From assembly GCF_009914755.1 (NCBI RefSeq), contig NC_060927.1: 64,000 bases of DNA. The stretch is one strand, 5' to 3'. Within the stretch, counting starts at the first letter, position 1; each line of letters starts with the position of its first letter. The stretch comes from the human T2T-CHM13v2.0 reference genome, Homo sapiens. Shown piece by piece: positions 12,359 through 24,710 of this stretch. Below the pieces are notes generated by a model. It searched no databases and had not been told where the DNA came from. It saw only the letters and a list, made by a program, of their open reading frames with translations. Both the position numbers and the translations under genes were made by a program.

Positions 12359-12520
12359 TTAAAATTATTATTATACTTTAAGTTTTAGGGTACATGTGCA
12401 CAATGTGCAGGTTAGTTACATATGTATACATGTGCCATGCTGGTGTGCTGCACCCACTAACTCGTCATTTAGCATTAGGTATATCTCCTAATGCTATCCC
12501 TCCCCCCTCCCCCCACCCCA
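12359..12520 (-). mobile_element. Young L1PA2/3-like 3' end (~160 bp, severely 5'-truncated)
   Basis: ttatactttaagttttagggtacatgtgcacaatgtgcaggttagttac...cacccactaactcgtcatttagc; TSD caacgtactttt (12347-12358) / caatgtactttt (12521-12532). Confidence 0.92.
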
Positions 12521-14454
12521 CAATGTACTTTTAAAGAAGTTACCGTCCAGATAATGTAACTTTCACTTTAAGTGAAAAGCTGCTCACTCATTCTCTTCCT
12601 TCCTCTTCCTCCCCCTGTCTCCCCAGCTCCCAAATTTGAGTAAAATTATGCCCAGTGTAATTTATTGTGATTTTCCCCCTTCTTCTAAACAATATCTGTG
12701 TTAGAGAATTGAACACCTGTAAAACATTTGTTATTCTCACTTGTCCTAATCAGGAATTCAATAAAAAGGCATTCTGAAATCTTGGAAATACTGAGGTTTT
12801 TCTGAACTTAAACTGATCTGTTAAACCAGTTAGTTGAGCAAGGCCGGAAGAGCCCTCAGGAAAAATCATGAAAACGAAATTAAATCGAACACAAAAAGCA
12901 ATTTGCCAGCGGTGAATTTAATTCACAATTTGCCTCCTCTGGAGAAGAGTATTCAGCCTTGGCCACATGCCAATGAGAGCTCCATGCGATAATCTATAGG
13001 ATTGCACAGTTCCTCTTAGGACAGTAATGAAAGGAAAAATAACATTTGTTCTGCCAAAGTATGTGGACTTGCTGACATTTGCTGAAATACAGATATCATC
13101 TGAGTGAACAGGATGTTTTCCTGAAGGTGCTTTGGAGAGCCAGTAGTTTACACATCTTTTCCACACATACATAAGGCAGCTTGAATTTCTGGTAATTGTG
13201 AGGGCTTGACCCTTGCAACTATTTCCAATATACCCCTGGTGGCTTTTGGACTTTGTCAAGATCATCTGATGATATACACAACCTGGTGAGAAACTTGCCT
13301 TTGTGATTTTCAGTAATGTTTGTCTATTTCTCCCGACTCCTCGTTGGAATGATGATTTAAGGGAGATAGAATCTGGAATTACTGGTGGGGAGGGGAGTTA
13401 GCAGACTTTAAATCAAGTGTACCTGTCATTTAAATTGCTTGATTCTAGATTGAACAAAGGAAACATGCTGGGAAAGTCTGGGGGAAAATATGCTACATTT
13501 TATATTCTCTGATGGAGCAAATGGGGGGAGATTTTAAAAGGATGGAGATTAACACCTATTCACATTGGATACTTTCATGGCAGAAGGCTCCAGGGATGGA
13601 TTTGTAGAAGGCGAAATACATGAAACTTGACAGCTAATGGCAAGTCTGAATAGTCTTGCCTAGATGATATGCTGTATTTCAGGTATTTCTGGGCATTTCA
13701 TTGTTGGGAGAGTCAGATCTAAAGTAGGCTTTGAGGGATGAAAAGGAGATGGTTTCCAGCTAAGAATACAGTAGACGTTGAATATAATTAAGGTGAAACA
13801 GAGATGAGTGGTACTAAACATATGATAAAAGCATCTCAGGATGAAATATGATGAATCACTCAGAAGCAGAGAATATGAGCAGAGATGGACAAATTATTCA
13901 GTAACACAGTCAATAAGGACTTGGCCAACAGGCATCAAAATATTAGAGGGTCAAAAAATAATCTTAAGGAATTAGAATATGTGTTTTGGTAATATCTATT
14001 CCATATATTTTAGGGATAGATACATGGGTGTGTATGTATTCCATTACGCATGTGGGAAATTATGACTGACAATACAACTGCAGGAGTTTTCATGTAAAGA
14101 TAGATTAGATTTGATAGCTTCAAATTCATTTTTAATAATTGTTTTATTCATTAATAAATAGAAGGACCCAATTTAGACTCCTTATTTTTAGTATTACAGG
14201 GAAAACAGTAGCCCTCTCTAATATGGCAACAAGTGTTTAAAGATCGTGTATAGCTGGGGGTGGGGTCAGTTGTAGGGAAAGAAATGATAAGTAATTGAAA
14301 ATATTGTGCTAGAAAGGGCCTTTGATATTACAATGATGTAAAGTCTGAAGAGTTAAACTGGAATGTAGCAGTCACACAGCCAAGTCTGAGTGGGTAGTTT
14401 GGTTAGTGCAGTTGCCATTGAATCCAATCTAATAGTCATCAAATGAAGTCCAAT

Positions 14455-14825
14455 TCAGATTGATGAATACAAGTATGATGCTTACTGTGTACCACGTACT
14501 GTGCTAGTTGTTGTGAAGTCAAAACTGAATGTTAGAGCACCTGTTTCTAAGAAACTTAGAGTCCACTGAAGGCACAGGGAAGACATGGAAGATGTTATAA
14601 ATAGTAAACTGTGGAAAGTGACAGGGCAGAATGTATGTAAGGAGACATATACATTTGTAGAACATGTACGAGGTACAGAAATAACATCATAAGAGAACAG
14701 TAACATTGTCTTGTGAGTATGACTTTTCTTAGGTTGAGGGAGTGAAGAAAATGGGAAATTTTAGGAAAGAATTTCCACCTGAGCTTTTTAAACATGAAAA
14801 GGAGCAAGTCAGAGACATTCAAGGA
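14455..14825 (-). mobile_element. L2 3' fragment
   Basis: gcttactgtgtaccacgtactgtgctag...aagaaacttagagtc typical of a reversed L2 3' end. Confidence 0.55.
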
Positions 14826-14828
14826 TGG

Positions 14829-15193
14829 TGATATGGTTTGGCTGTGTCCCTACCCAAATCTCATGTTGAATTGTAGCTCCAATAATTCCCACATGTCATG
14901 GGAGGGACCCAGTGGCAGGTAATTGAATAATGGAGGCGGGTCTTTCCTGTGCTGTTCTTATGATTGTGAATAAGTCTCATGGGATCTGATGGTTTTATAA
15001 AGAGGAGTTCCCCCTGCACAAGCTCTCTTGCTTGCTGCCATGTAAGATGTGCCTATGTTCCTCCTTTGCCCTCCACCATGATCGTGAGGGTTCCCCAGCC
15101 ATGCGGAACTGTGAGTCCATTAAATCTCTTTTCTTTATAAATTACCCAGTCTCAGGTATGTCTTTATTAGCAATGTGAGAATGGACTAACACA
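14829..15193 (+). mobile_element. THE1B-like solo LTR
   Basis: tgatatggtttggctgtgtccc...ggactaacaca; perfect TSD gatgg at 14824-14828 and 15194-15198. Confidence 0.93.
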
Positions 15194-15451
15194 GATGGAC
15201 AGCAGGAAAATAACTGGAGAATACTGATTTAAACATTTGCTTTCTTCAAGGAATGAAAATAGAGCCAGATCATCCATTCATTTCTCTTCCAGATCCAGTA
15301 TTAAGAATCTAGAATTTCATGGCTCTGATGCCAATTTTGGTTTTGCATATTCATCTTGTTCATTTCGCCATTTTTGATAGAATTGAACTGAAAAATGCAT
15401 CCGATGCTAAAAGTTTGAAAGAACTTTTGAGATAATCTTTGACTTCCTTAT

Positions 15452-16460
15452 ATCATTTATTCATTTACTTTGAAAAATATTATTGAGAATCTACTCTGTT
15501 CCGGGCTGTTGGGCACTATTTTAGACACTTAGAATACATCAAGAAAGAAACTGATGTCCTTGCTCTCTTGGAGCTTATGCTTTAAGAGGGAGAGACAGAC
15601 AATAACTGAAACACATCAGAAATATGTGAATATTACAGTTTGTCAAAAGGCAATAAATGCCAAGGGAAAAAAATTGAGCATGCTATATGTGGGTGGATAT
15701 ATGTCCCAGCTTGCCCAAGGCAGGCTTAGTTTATTTCTGTGGTGCCAGCATAACTATTAGCAGCATCCCCTTTAGCTCTAAAACACATCCTGGTTTACTT
15801 TAGATGCTATATAAATTCATAACTGCAGTTAATGGGAATCAGGTGTGTATGTGTGCACATTCCGGGCCCCATACAATAATTGAACATGCTGATCCAGCTA
15901 AGTCTCACTGAGGAGGGACTTGAGCAAAGACTTGAAGAAAGTGAGAGAGTGAGCCACACAGGTATCTCAGTGAAGATTGCTCCAGTCGGAGAAGCAGAGG
16001 AACAATTAGGGCAAGGTTCTAAAGTTTTAAGGAATGCGGGGCTGGGGGTGTGTAGTTGGGGGTTCATGCAGCTAGAGTGAATTAATGAGGGGCAAGCTGT
16101 AGGAGATGAGGTCAGGGAAGGTAGGGGTAGGGAGCAGAGAGTGTAGAACCTTAGGTCATCAGAAGGGAGTTGAGTTTTTCTCCGAGTCTGATGGGAAGGC
16201 ATTGGGGGTTTCTATATGGCAAGTACATAATCTGACTTTGTTTTAAAAGTATCACTTTGTGGAGTCTATTCTTTGTGAAGTATACACTTTAAGGTGTAAA
16301 AGTCAAGGCAGATTTTATAAGTAGGAGGCCCCACAGTACACTAAGCAAGAGATGCTCATGGCTTGGAACAGGGTGGTGGCACTGGAAGAGGTGAGAAGCA
16401 GTCAGATTCTGGACATGTTACCAGCCAACAGAATTTCCTGCTGGACAGGATATGAGGGGA
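15452..16460 (-). mobile_element. L2 (L2a-like) fragment interrupted by MER94
   Basis: tcatttattcatt...tattgagaatctact...ggagcttatgc...gagcaaagacttgaagaaagtgag...ggcttggaacagggtggtggc. Confidence 0.75.
15688..15820. mobile_element. MER94-like hAT-Blackjack MITE
   Basis: gggtgg...tatgtcccagcttgcccaaggcag...ataactattagcagcatcccct. Confidence 0.55.
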
Positions 16461-16594
16461 TGAGCTCCTCATATCTTGCAGCAGTAACAAAAGATTCATT
16501 CCAGGACTAGTTCAACAAACAATTTGGTGTTTTGTTTTAACTGAGCACTTCAAAAAGCAGCACTTCTCTCACCTTGCTTCAAAGCCATGCCTCC

Positions 16595-16909
16595 TGTATT
16601 AGTCTGTTTTCATGCCGCTGATAAAGACATACCCAAGACTCGGCAATTTACAAAAGAAAGAAGTTCATTGGATTTACATTTCCACTTGGCGAAGGTGAAA
16701 GGCACATCTCACGTGGCGACAGACAAGAGAGCTTATGCAGGGCAACTCCCATTTTTAAAACCATCAGGTCTTGTGAGACTCATTCACTATCATGAGATCA
16801 GCACAGGAAAGACCTGCCCCCATAATTTAACTACTTCCCACCAGGTTCCTCCCATGACACGTGGGAATTCAAGATGAGATTTGAGTGGGGACACAGCAAA
16901 ACCATATCA
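16595..16909 (-). mobile_element. THE1B-like solo LTR with internal deletions (315 bp)
   Basis: tgtattagtctgttttcatgc...aaaccatatca; TSD cctcc/cctca; shorter than the ~360-bp copies elsewhere in the window. Confidence 0.9.
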
Positions 16910-17614
16910 CCTCACTTTTCAAAGCATTGGCAAAATGATGAACCCCATTAAAATTTAGTTGCATACATAGCTGCTTCTGTAAAAATATTTCCAATGTGGA
17001 TAGTTTTGGTGAATTGCAATGTGGTGTATGTAAGAAAGAGAGCATTTTGCTAAACATGGGACTTTCCAAACAGTAGCAAATAGGTAATGAATGTGTTTAA
17101 TGATACGTTTACATTTCGACATGTTGGAAAGTGTTGATGGTGGGGCATCCACATAGTAAGTAGAGGCCAGGGTCTGCAGCTCTGCCTGTGTGGCTAACTG
17201 TGTGACTCTCATCACATCCCTCGACCCTCTGAGATGAATACCATTTGTTTTAAATGGAGCATTTTATTGTGATTACAGTTCTATGTTTTTGTGTTTACTG
17301 TGCTTTCAGCTCTGACATTCTGTGACTCTGAGCACCTTAGGGGAACAAAGCTACAGATAGACATTTAGGATCTTGAGCTCTCATAGCACTTTGTGAGATT
17401 GTTATGGTTATCTCAATCCTCTTATTTGCATATTCTTGCAAATTGCAGTCTAGGACTGATATCTTTTCTAACAACGCGTTATTCCCATGGGCCATAATTT
17501 AGAGAGGCCCTTATCATGCTGATTAAGAAGACAGGCATATTTTTAAATTGGATAAAATAGTGCCTTCATCTTAGGAATATTGTGTCATTGTATAAAAAAT
17601 AAGAGTGATAATTA

Positions 17615-17855
17615 GTAACAATTATTATAACCAATGTTTGAAAATTTACTATGAGTAAGGTATCTTACGTGGAATCTTTTATTTAATTCTAAGCACAAAA
17701 CAAACAAGACCCTATGGGTAGGTACTCTTCATATTCATTTTAGAGATAAGAAAGCAGAGCCAGAGAACTGAATACCTTTCCCAAAGTAAGAAAATTTGCG
17801 AGTGGCAGTGTTAGGATTTGAACCCAGGCAGTTGGCCTCCAGACCATGCACCATC
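17615..17855 (-). mobile_element. MIR
   Basis: cattttagagataagaaagcagag...ggatttgaacccaggcagt. Confidence 0.7.
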
Positions 17856-18974
17856 CCAACCACCCTACTTTAATCCTGTCAGTGCACAGAGAGGGTTAGC
17901 CCAGCATCTGACAATAGTGAGAACTCAACAAATGGAAACTATTGTGATGCCATGTATTATTGCAGTGAAAATTCAATACCTGCTGGGTAACCAGTGAATC
18001 TGTGAATCATCTACACTGAGGCACTGAGGTGATAATTGAAATCAGGAAGAAATGAGCTCATGCAGGGGAGAGGGCAGAGAAGGGTTGAGGACTGAAATTT
18101 GGAGGATGAATAACCATATACCCTAATGCACGCTTGGATGATGTTCAACCTTGAAGTGACTATTCTTATAACCTGCAGCAGAAACAAATGTTTCCTTCCA
18201 GGTCTGGTTGAGTGACTCTTGGATTTTGGTTCTAACTCTTTAAAACTGTTTCTCCGACTCTGCTTCAAAGCTATGTCTTCCCTTTCAAAACATTTGCAAA
18301 ATAATAAATCCTATGTCCAAAGAGTCTATTGAAGTTTAGTTGCAAACATAACGACTTCTGTCTGGTAAAGATTAACAATGTTTCTGATATGGATAGTTCT
18401 GATTAATTGCTGTTGAAACTCCTGAGCTGAATGTCAAAGCTGGAAAATGAACTCTTAAATGCACTCAAAAGACAAGAGCCCCGTGTATCCTTGAACATAA
18501 TCCAATCAAAGAGATTGCAAAGGAAAACACAAGAGACAGTATTAAATTCATGGTGACATGAAAGTTTCTTGTTCCATTTTTGAAAAATCACCAGGTCATT
18601 GTTCACAAAGAGACTTTTCTTTGATATTGACCTGCCTGATAAGTAAAAAAAACATCTTTTTAAAACATTATTCTTGACTTCTCTCGTTAAACATGTATTA
18701 GTCCTACAAAACTCTGGTTTGCAAATCCTGATGTTCAAAGTCATTTTAAAAGAACTAAGGGGAAAGGAAAACTCAGTCAAGCAAATAGAAGTGCTTAATT
18801 GTCTATAATGTGGATTTTTAGATAAGGGGAGTATTAGTTGGTAATGTCCATCAGTGAATTGGCATCCTATCAAGGCCTGGCGTTTGACCTTTTTAGAGCT
18901 GTCTCCAAGGAATGACAGGGCACAGGGCATTTCTGCCATATGAGTTTTACTGGATGGTAATATTATATCTAAAA

Positions 18975-19162
18975 AGCTGGATGGCCTTGGACAAGTCACT
19001 TAATATTTCAGTTTTGTTTCATTCTTGAATAAAATGAAGATAACACCACCAGTCTTGCTCACAACGAAGTTGTGTTCAAGTTGAAATGAGGTAATAAATA
19101 CACATGTAACTGCTTTGTGAACTACAAAGCATGGTGTATGTGTAAGATACCATTATTATTAT
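18975..19162 (+). mobile_element. MIR
   Basis: ggccttggacaagtcacttaa...taaaatgaagataa...gctttgtgaactacaaagc. Confidence 0.65.
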
Positions 19163-19491
19163 TTTCATACAGCTTGTCCCTTCTTCCTCTTCTGTTTTGG
19201 CTAGCTCCTGATGCCATGGGTAGCAATTTTATGGGAAACATGGGGCAGAGAATTACAGAGGTGATTGATGTCTTGACTCTGGAAGTCAGTTTTAAGCTCA
19301 TGATTGTTGATTACTAAAAGAGATGCATCTGTGTCCAACACTTTTGGTAAATATCAGCTATAAAATTTTTTCTTTATGATATAGTCCATGTTTTGTCTAC
19401 TCTATTCATCAACTATGTAGAAAATAAGTTACATGATTTCAGGTGAGAACTCTGCTCTCACACAGTCATAATAAATAAACAGTCATGATAA

Positions 19492-19725
<234 letters not shown>

Positions 19726-19776
19726 TGATATTGATTGATAAAACACATTTAGTTCAAATATATCTCTTAGGAAAAA

Positions 19777-19985
19777 ATATATACATGAAAAACTGTGTCT
19801 GTGTGTATATATACATATATATACACATATATATGTATATACACACACACACACACAGTTTTTTATATATATATGTATACACCTGTATATATATATACAC
19901 ACATGTATATATACACACACACACGTGTATATATATATACACACACACACGTGTATATATATATACACACACACACATACATGTT
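19777..19985. repeat. Compound (TA)n/(CA)n/(TG)n microsatellite with inverted symmetry
   Basis: Alternating purine-pyrimidine tract; 26-bp unit gtgtatatatatatacacacacacac twice at 19925-19976. Confidence 0.95.
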
Positions 19986-20179
19986 ATATAGAAACATCAA
20001 GTTTAGAAATGAGCAGAAGAATCTATAAGGAAAAAAGACAATGGGAAACAATGTCATGTTGGCCTCAGCCTTAGAGAAGAAGCATTTTAATCACACAATC
20101 TCACATGAACTGAAATAATTTCTAAATAACAGTTGAATGATGACATAACAAAAATATAATGGTTAGGAAATATCGCATA

Positions 20180-22588
20180 TGTGGTAGGTCATAGTATTTG
20201 TTCAAAATAGTCACTGCTTCTCTCTTCCAGACCCATTCCTCTCAGGCCACCAACAATGGTACCAAGAGATGTGGGGCACTTCTATAAGATACCTGAACAT
20301 GTGGAAGCAACTTTGGATAACAGGAAGAGGTTAGAATGCTTTGGAGGGCTCAGAAGAAGAAAGGAGGATGTGGGAAAGTTTGGAACTCCCTAGAGACCTG
20401 TTGAATAGTTTTGACCAAAATCCTGATAGTGATATGGACAATGAAATCCAGGCAGAGGTGGTCTCAGATCAAAATGAGGAACTTACTGGGAGCTGTAGTA
20501 AAGGTCACTCTTGCTATGCTTTAGCAAAAAGACTGGTGGCATTTTGCTTCTTCCCCACAGATCCCTAGAGATCTGTGGAACTTTGAACTTGAGAGAGATG
20601 ATTCAGGGTATCTGGTAGAAGAAATTTCTAAGCAGCAAAGCATTTGATCTGTGACCTCTCTGTTTCCAAAAGCATATAGTCATATGTGTTTACAAAAAGA
20701 TGGTCTGAAATGGGAACTTCTGTTTAAAAGGGAAACAGAACATAAAAGTATGGAAAATTTGCAGCCTGACCATGTGGTAGAAAAGAAAAACCCATTTCTC
20801 CCATTTTCTGAGGAGAAATTCAAGCCAGCTGCAGAAATTTGCATAAGTAAAGAGAAGACAAATGTTAATGGCCAAGACAACAGGGAAAATGTCTCCAGGA
20901 TATGTCAGAGATTTTCAAGGGAGCTCTCCCTATCACAGGCTTAAAGCCTAGGAGGGAAAAGGGTTTTGTGGGCCCTGCTGCTCTGTGCAGCCTCAGGACA
21001 TGGCATCCTGTGTCCCAGCTGCTCTAGTTCCAGCCATGGCTAAAAGGGGCCAAGGTAGCTGTTGAGCCATTGCTTCAGAGGGTGTAAGCCCCAAGCCTTC
21101 AAGGCTTTCACGTGGTATTGGGCCTGTGGGTGTGCAGAAGGCAAGAGTTGAGCTTTGGGAGCCTCTGCCTAGATTTCAGAGAATGTGTGGAAATTCCTGG
21201 ATGTCCAGGTAGAAGTCTACTGCAGGGGCAAAGCCCTCATGGAAAACCTCTACTAGGGCAATGCAGAGATTCCCAACTGTGTGGGGTTGGAGAACCCACA
21301 CAGAGTCCCCACTGGGGCACTGCCTTGTGGAGCTATGAGAAGAGGGCCACCATCCTCTAGACCCCGGAATGGTAGATTCACTGGCAGCTTGTGTCGTGTG
21401 CTTGGAAAAGCCACAGGCAATCAATGAAAGCCAACCCATGAAAGCAGTCATGGGAGCTGTACGCTGCAGAGCCACAGGGGCAGATTTGCCCAAGGTCTTG
21501 GGAGCCCACCTCTTGCATCAGCATGACCTGGATGTGAGATATGGTGTCAAAGGAGATCATTTTGAAGCTTTAAGATGTAATGACTGCCCTGCTGGGTTTT
21601 GGACTTGCATGGGGCCTTTAGCACCTTTGTTTTAGCAAATTTCTCCCATTTGGAATGGGAACATTTACCCAATGCCTGTACCCCCATCTTATCTTGGAAG
21701 TAACTAACTGGTTCTTTATTTTCCAGGATCATATGCAGAAGGGACTTGCCTTGTCACAGATGAGACTTTGGACTTAGACTTTTGGGTTAATGATGGAATG
21801 AGTTAAGACTTTGAGGAACGGTTAGGAAGGCATGACTGTGTTTTGGAATGCGAGAAGGACATGAGATTTGGGAGGGGCCAGTGGTGGAATGATATGGTTT
21901 GGCGCTGTGTCCTCACCCAAATCTCATCTCAGATTGTAATCCCCACATATTGAGGGAGGGACCTGGTGGGAAGTGATTGGATCATGAGGGCAGTTTCCCC
22001 CAAGCTGTTCTCATGATAGTGAGTGAGTTCTCACAAGATCTGATTGTTTAAAAGTGTGGCACTTTTCACCTCACTCTCTCTGTCTCCTGCCACCATGTAA
22101 GACATGCCTTGCTTCCCCCTCACATTCTGCCATGATTGTAAGTTTCCTGAGGCCTCCCTAGCCACAAGGAACTGTGTGAATCACTTAAACCTCTTTCCTT
22201 TATAAATTACCCAGTCTTGTGTAGTTCTTTATAGCAGTGTGAAAACGAACTAATACACCACCCCATATGGCTTGACCCTGCTGGAGAACAATACTTAACA
22301 TTTTGGATATCAGTCTTGGCCATGGGAGTTGCTTCTGCAATGAAAGGTGAGTAGAAGTGACCTGTGCATTTTGGAGCAGAAACTTTAAGTTATGGCCTTG
22401 TTCGGTAATCTCTCTTACCCTTTTGCTACTCCTTCTGCTAGGATCAGAAATGAAGACAATTTGAAGGAGCGCTAATGTTGACTTCCATTGTCATGTTACA
22501 CGAGCGAGAAATAAGCCTTTATTTTTTTGAACCACTAAGATTTCAGGGTTGTTATTGCAGCATAAACAAAAGAGACCTAACTAATACA
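20180..22588 (+). mobile_element. Old MLT1 (H/I-like) LTR split by a THE1D-like element
   Basis: tgtggtagg start at 20180; after 22262 tggagcagaaactttaag...gagaaataagcc...ccactaagattt...ctaactaataca. Confidence 0.6.
20252..22257 (+). mobile_element. THE1D/MST-like internal region plus 3' LTR (21890-22257); 5' LTR absent
   Basis: Internal start tggtacc at 20257; MaLR ORF remnants (20341-20568, 20651-20944, 21369-21635); purine tract then tgatatggtttgg...taataca. Confidence 0.92.
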
Positions 22589-22949
22589 GTGTGTTTATTT
22601 TATTCTGTTTTCCTCTTTCCTGTTTCATCTATAATCAACACTTAAAAATGGATACTGAGAGGAAAGTTTGGCCAGAAGATTATCATAGTATCGATGCCTC
22701 TGACCATGAAGTTTATAGCTGAGTGTCTGGAAAAGAGGAATGCTCTTTTTCATGTTCAGCATAAAAATACTCATCTACCAGGCTGGGATGAATGCAGGCC
22801 ATGAGGTGGGTAATGGATTAGGAACTGTGACTACATACTTTGGCAGAAAGAAATACAATATTTTATTAGCTATGGTGACCTCTGTGGTCTATTTACAGTT
22901 TGATTCTGCTATTTCTGTTGGCTTTCTTTTTTGAAAGGACTATTCTATT

Positions 22950-23680
22950 TTTTTTCTCTCCTATTGGCCTTGAATTGTACATTTGTTTGTAATCCTTTCT
23001 ATGGTTACCCTGGATTTCAATGTGTATCCTTGATTTGTGACAGTTTATCTTAGATTAGTACTTTTATCACTTCCCAAACGAAGCAAAAAATTTAAGAGAA
23101 CTTAACTCTATCCTCCTTCTGCCCACTGAGTTATGAATGCCACTTATTTTATCAGACTTTATAATCTACACAAGACACTAGTAGGATTAATATTATAACA
23201 GTAAATATTCTTTGACTCTTTTTCTAATTTTTTATCTGTATGTTGCTCTTCCTTCCTCACTACCATTTCATGCTTCCATCTGGAATTATTTCCTTTAGCC
23301 AAAGAACTTCCATTTATAATATCTGGAAATAGAAGTCTGCTGGTAATGAATTCTCAGTGCTTTTGTCTCAATTTTATACCAATATCTGAAGGATACTTTT
23401 CTTGGAGACAGAATTCTAGCATGATTTTTTTCCCTTCAGTACTTAGAAGCTACCATTCTGTTTTCTTCTAGATTTCATAGTTTCTGTTAAAAATTCAGCT
23501 CTTAGACTTATTGCTTCTCCTTTTAAAATAGTGAGTCTTTTTTCTCTGGATGCTTTTAAGATTTTCCATTTTCTTTTGCTTTTCAAGAGTTTGAAAATAG
23601 TGTATCCAGCCATGGTTTTCCTTATTTATCCTACATGGATATCATTGAGCTCACAGAATCTGTGAGTTGATATCTTTAGT
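22950..23680 (-). mobile_element. Ancient L1M (ORF1 end / inter-ORF region)
   Basis: agtctgctggtaatgaattctcag...gaaggatact...agaattctag...ttctctggatgcttttaagatttt. Confidence 0.65.
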
Positions 23681-23699
23681 ATAAGGACAGTATAAACAT

Positions 23700-24710
23700 T
23701 TTGCAACTGTCTCTGAGATTAAAGTCCCCATGCAAATAATACATCAGTCTCAAAATTTGAGAGTTATAAAACAAAATGATAAATGGAACTTTAATAAAAC
23801 ATTTAAAATTTTGCTCTTTAAAGGACACCCTGACAAAATAAAAAGAGAAGCCCCAAACTCAGATAGAGTATATATAGTAATATATATATATAAAATATGT
23901 TACTACATATATGTGTGTGTGTGTGTAACATACATATTTTTATAGTTTCTGCTGAAAATTCAGCTCTTAGACTTATTATTTCTCCTTTGAAAATACAGTC
24001 TTTTTTCTCTGGATGCCTTTAAGATTTTCTAATTTCTTTTGCTTTCTATTTTTCATGTGTGTGTGTATATGTGTGTGTGTGTATACACACACTACATATA
24101 TAAAATACATCTGGCAAAAGATTTTTGTCCAATGTATATAAAGAATTACAACTAAATGTTAAGAAGACAAATAACCCAACTTACAGAAACAAGGAAAGGG
24201 GAGAACATGGAAAAGTTATCAGTATCCTAATTTATTATCAAAAATGCAAGTTAAAACTGCAATTAGATATGTCTACATGTCCACCCGAATGACGAAAATT
24301 AAAGTTTAACACTACAAAATTTGGTAATTATTTTGAGTTACTTGAATTCTCATACATAATTAGAGTACAAAGTAGTACTACCACTTTAGAAAAAGTTTTG
24401 ATAGTTTCTTCTAGATATAAACTTAAAATACTCGAGGATGGATGTGAATAATCATTAAAGTATAATACAAATCCAACATGTAATCCTTGTATAGGTCATG
24501 TATCTCATTTATTCATTCATCTGTGCATGGATGTTTGGGTTGTTTGTGGTTTGGGGCCTTTATGTTTCAAGCTGTGATGGACATTCATTTTTGTTTTGTA
24601 TGGACATACAATGAGCATGTGGAGAAAAACTCATACACTGTAGATGGGAGGATAACTTGCACAATCATATTGATGATCAATTGGCAATATTTCTAAAAGT
24701 GGAACAAGTG
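23700..24710 (+). mobile_element. Ancient L1M ORF2 3' fragments, mostly +, with a short minus piece at ~24500-24610
   Basis: gataaatggaact...tatataaagaattacaact...aaatgcaagttaaaactgcaattagata...ctcatacactgtagatgggag. Confidence 0.6.
23942..24046 (+). repeat. Non-tandem local duplicate of 23477-23583
   Basis: Direct alignment by eye, ~90% identity over ~105 bp. Confidence 0.9.

Noticed and set aside
18403-18999. 198-aa minus-strand ORF in mostly non-repetitive DNA
   Set aside because: Non-ATG start inside a MIR, composition typical of random AT-rich frames, no recognisable domain.
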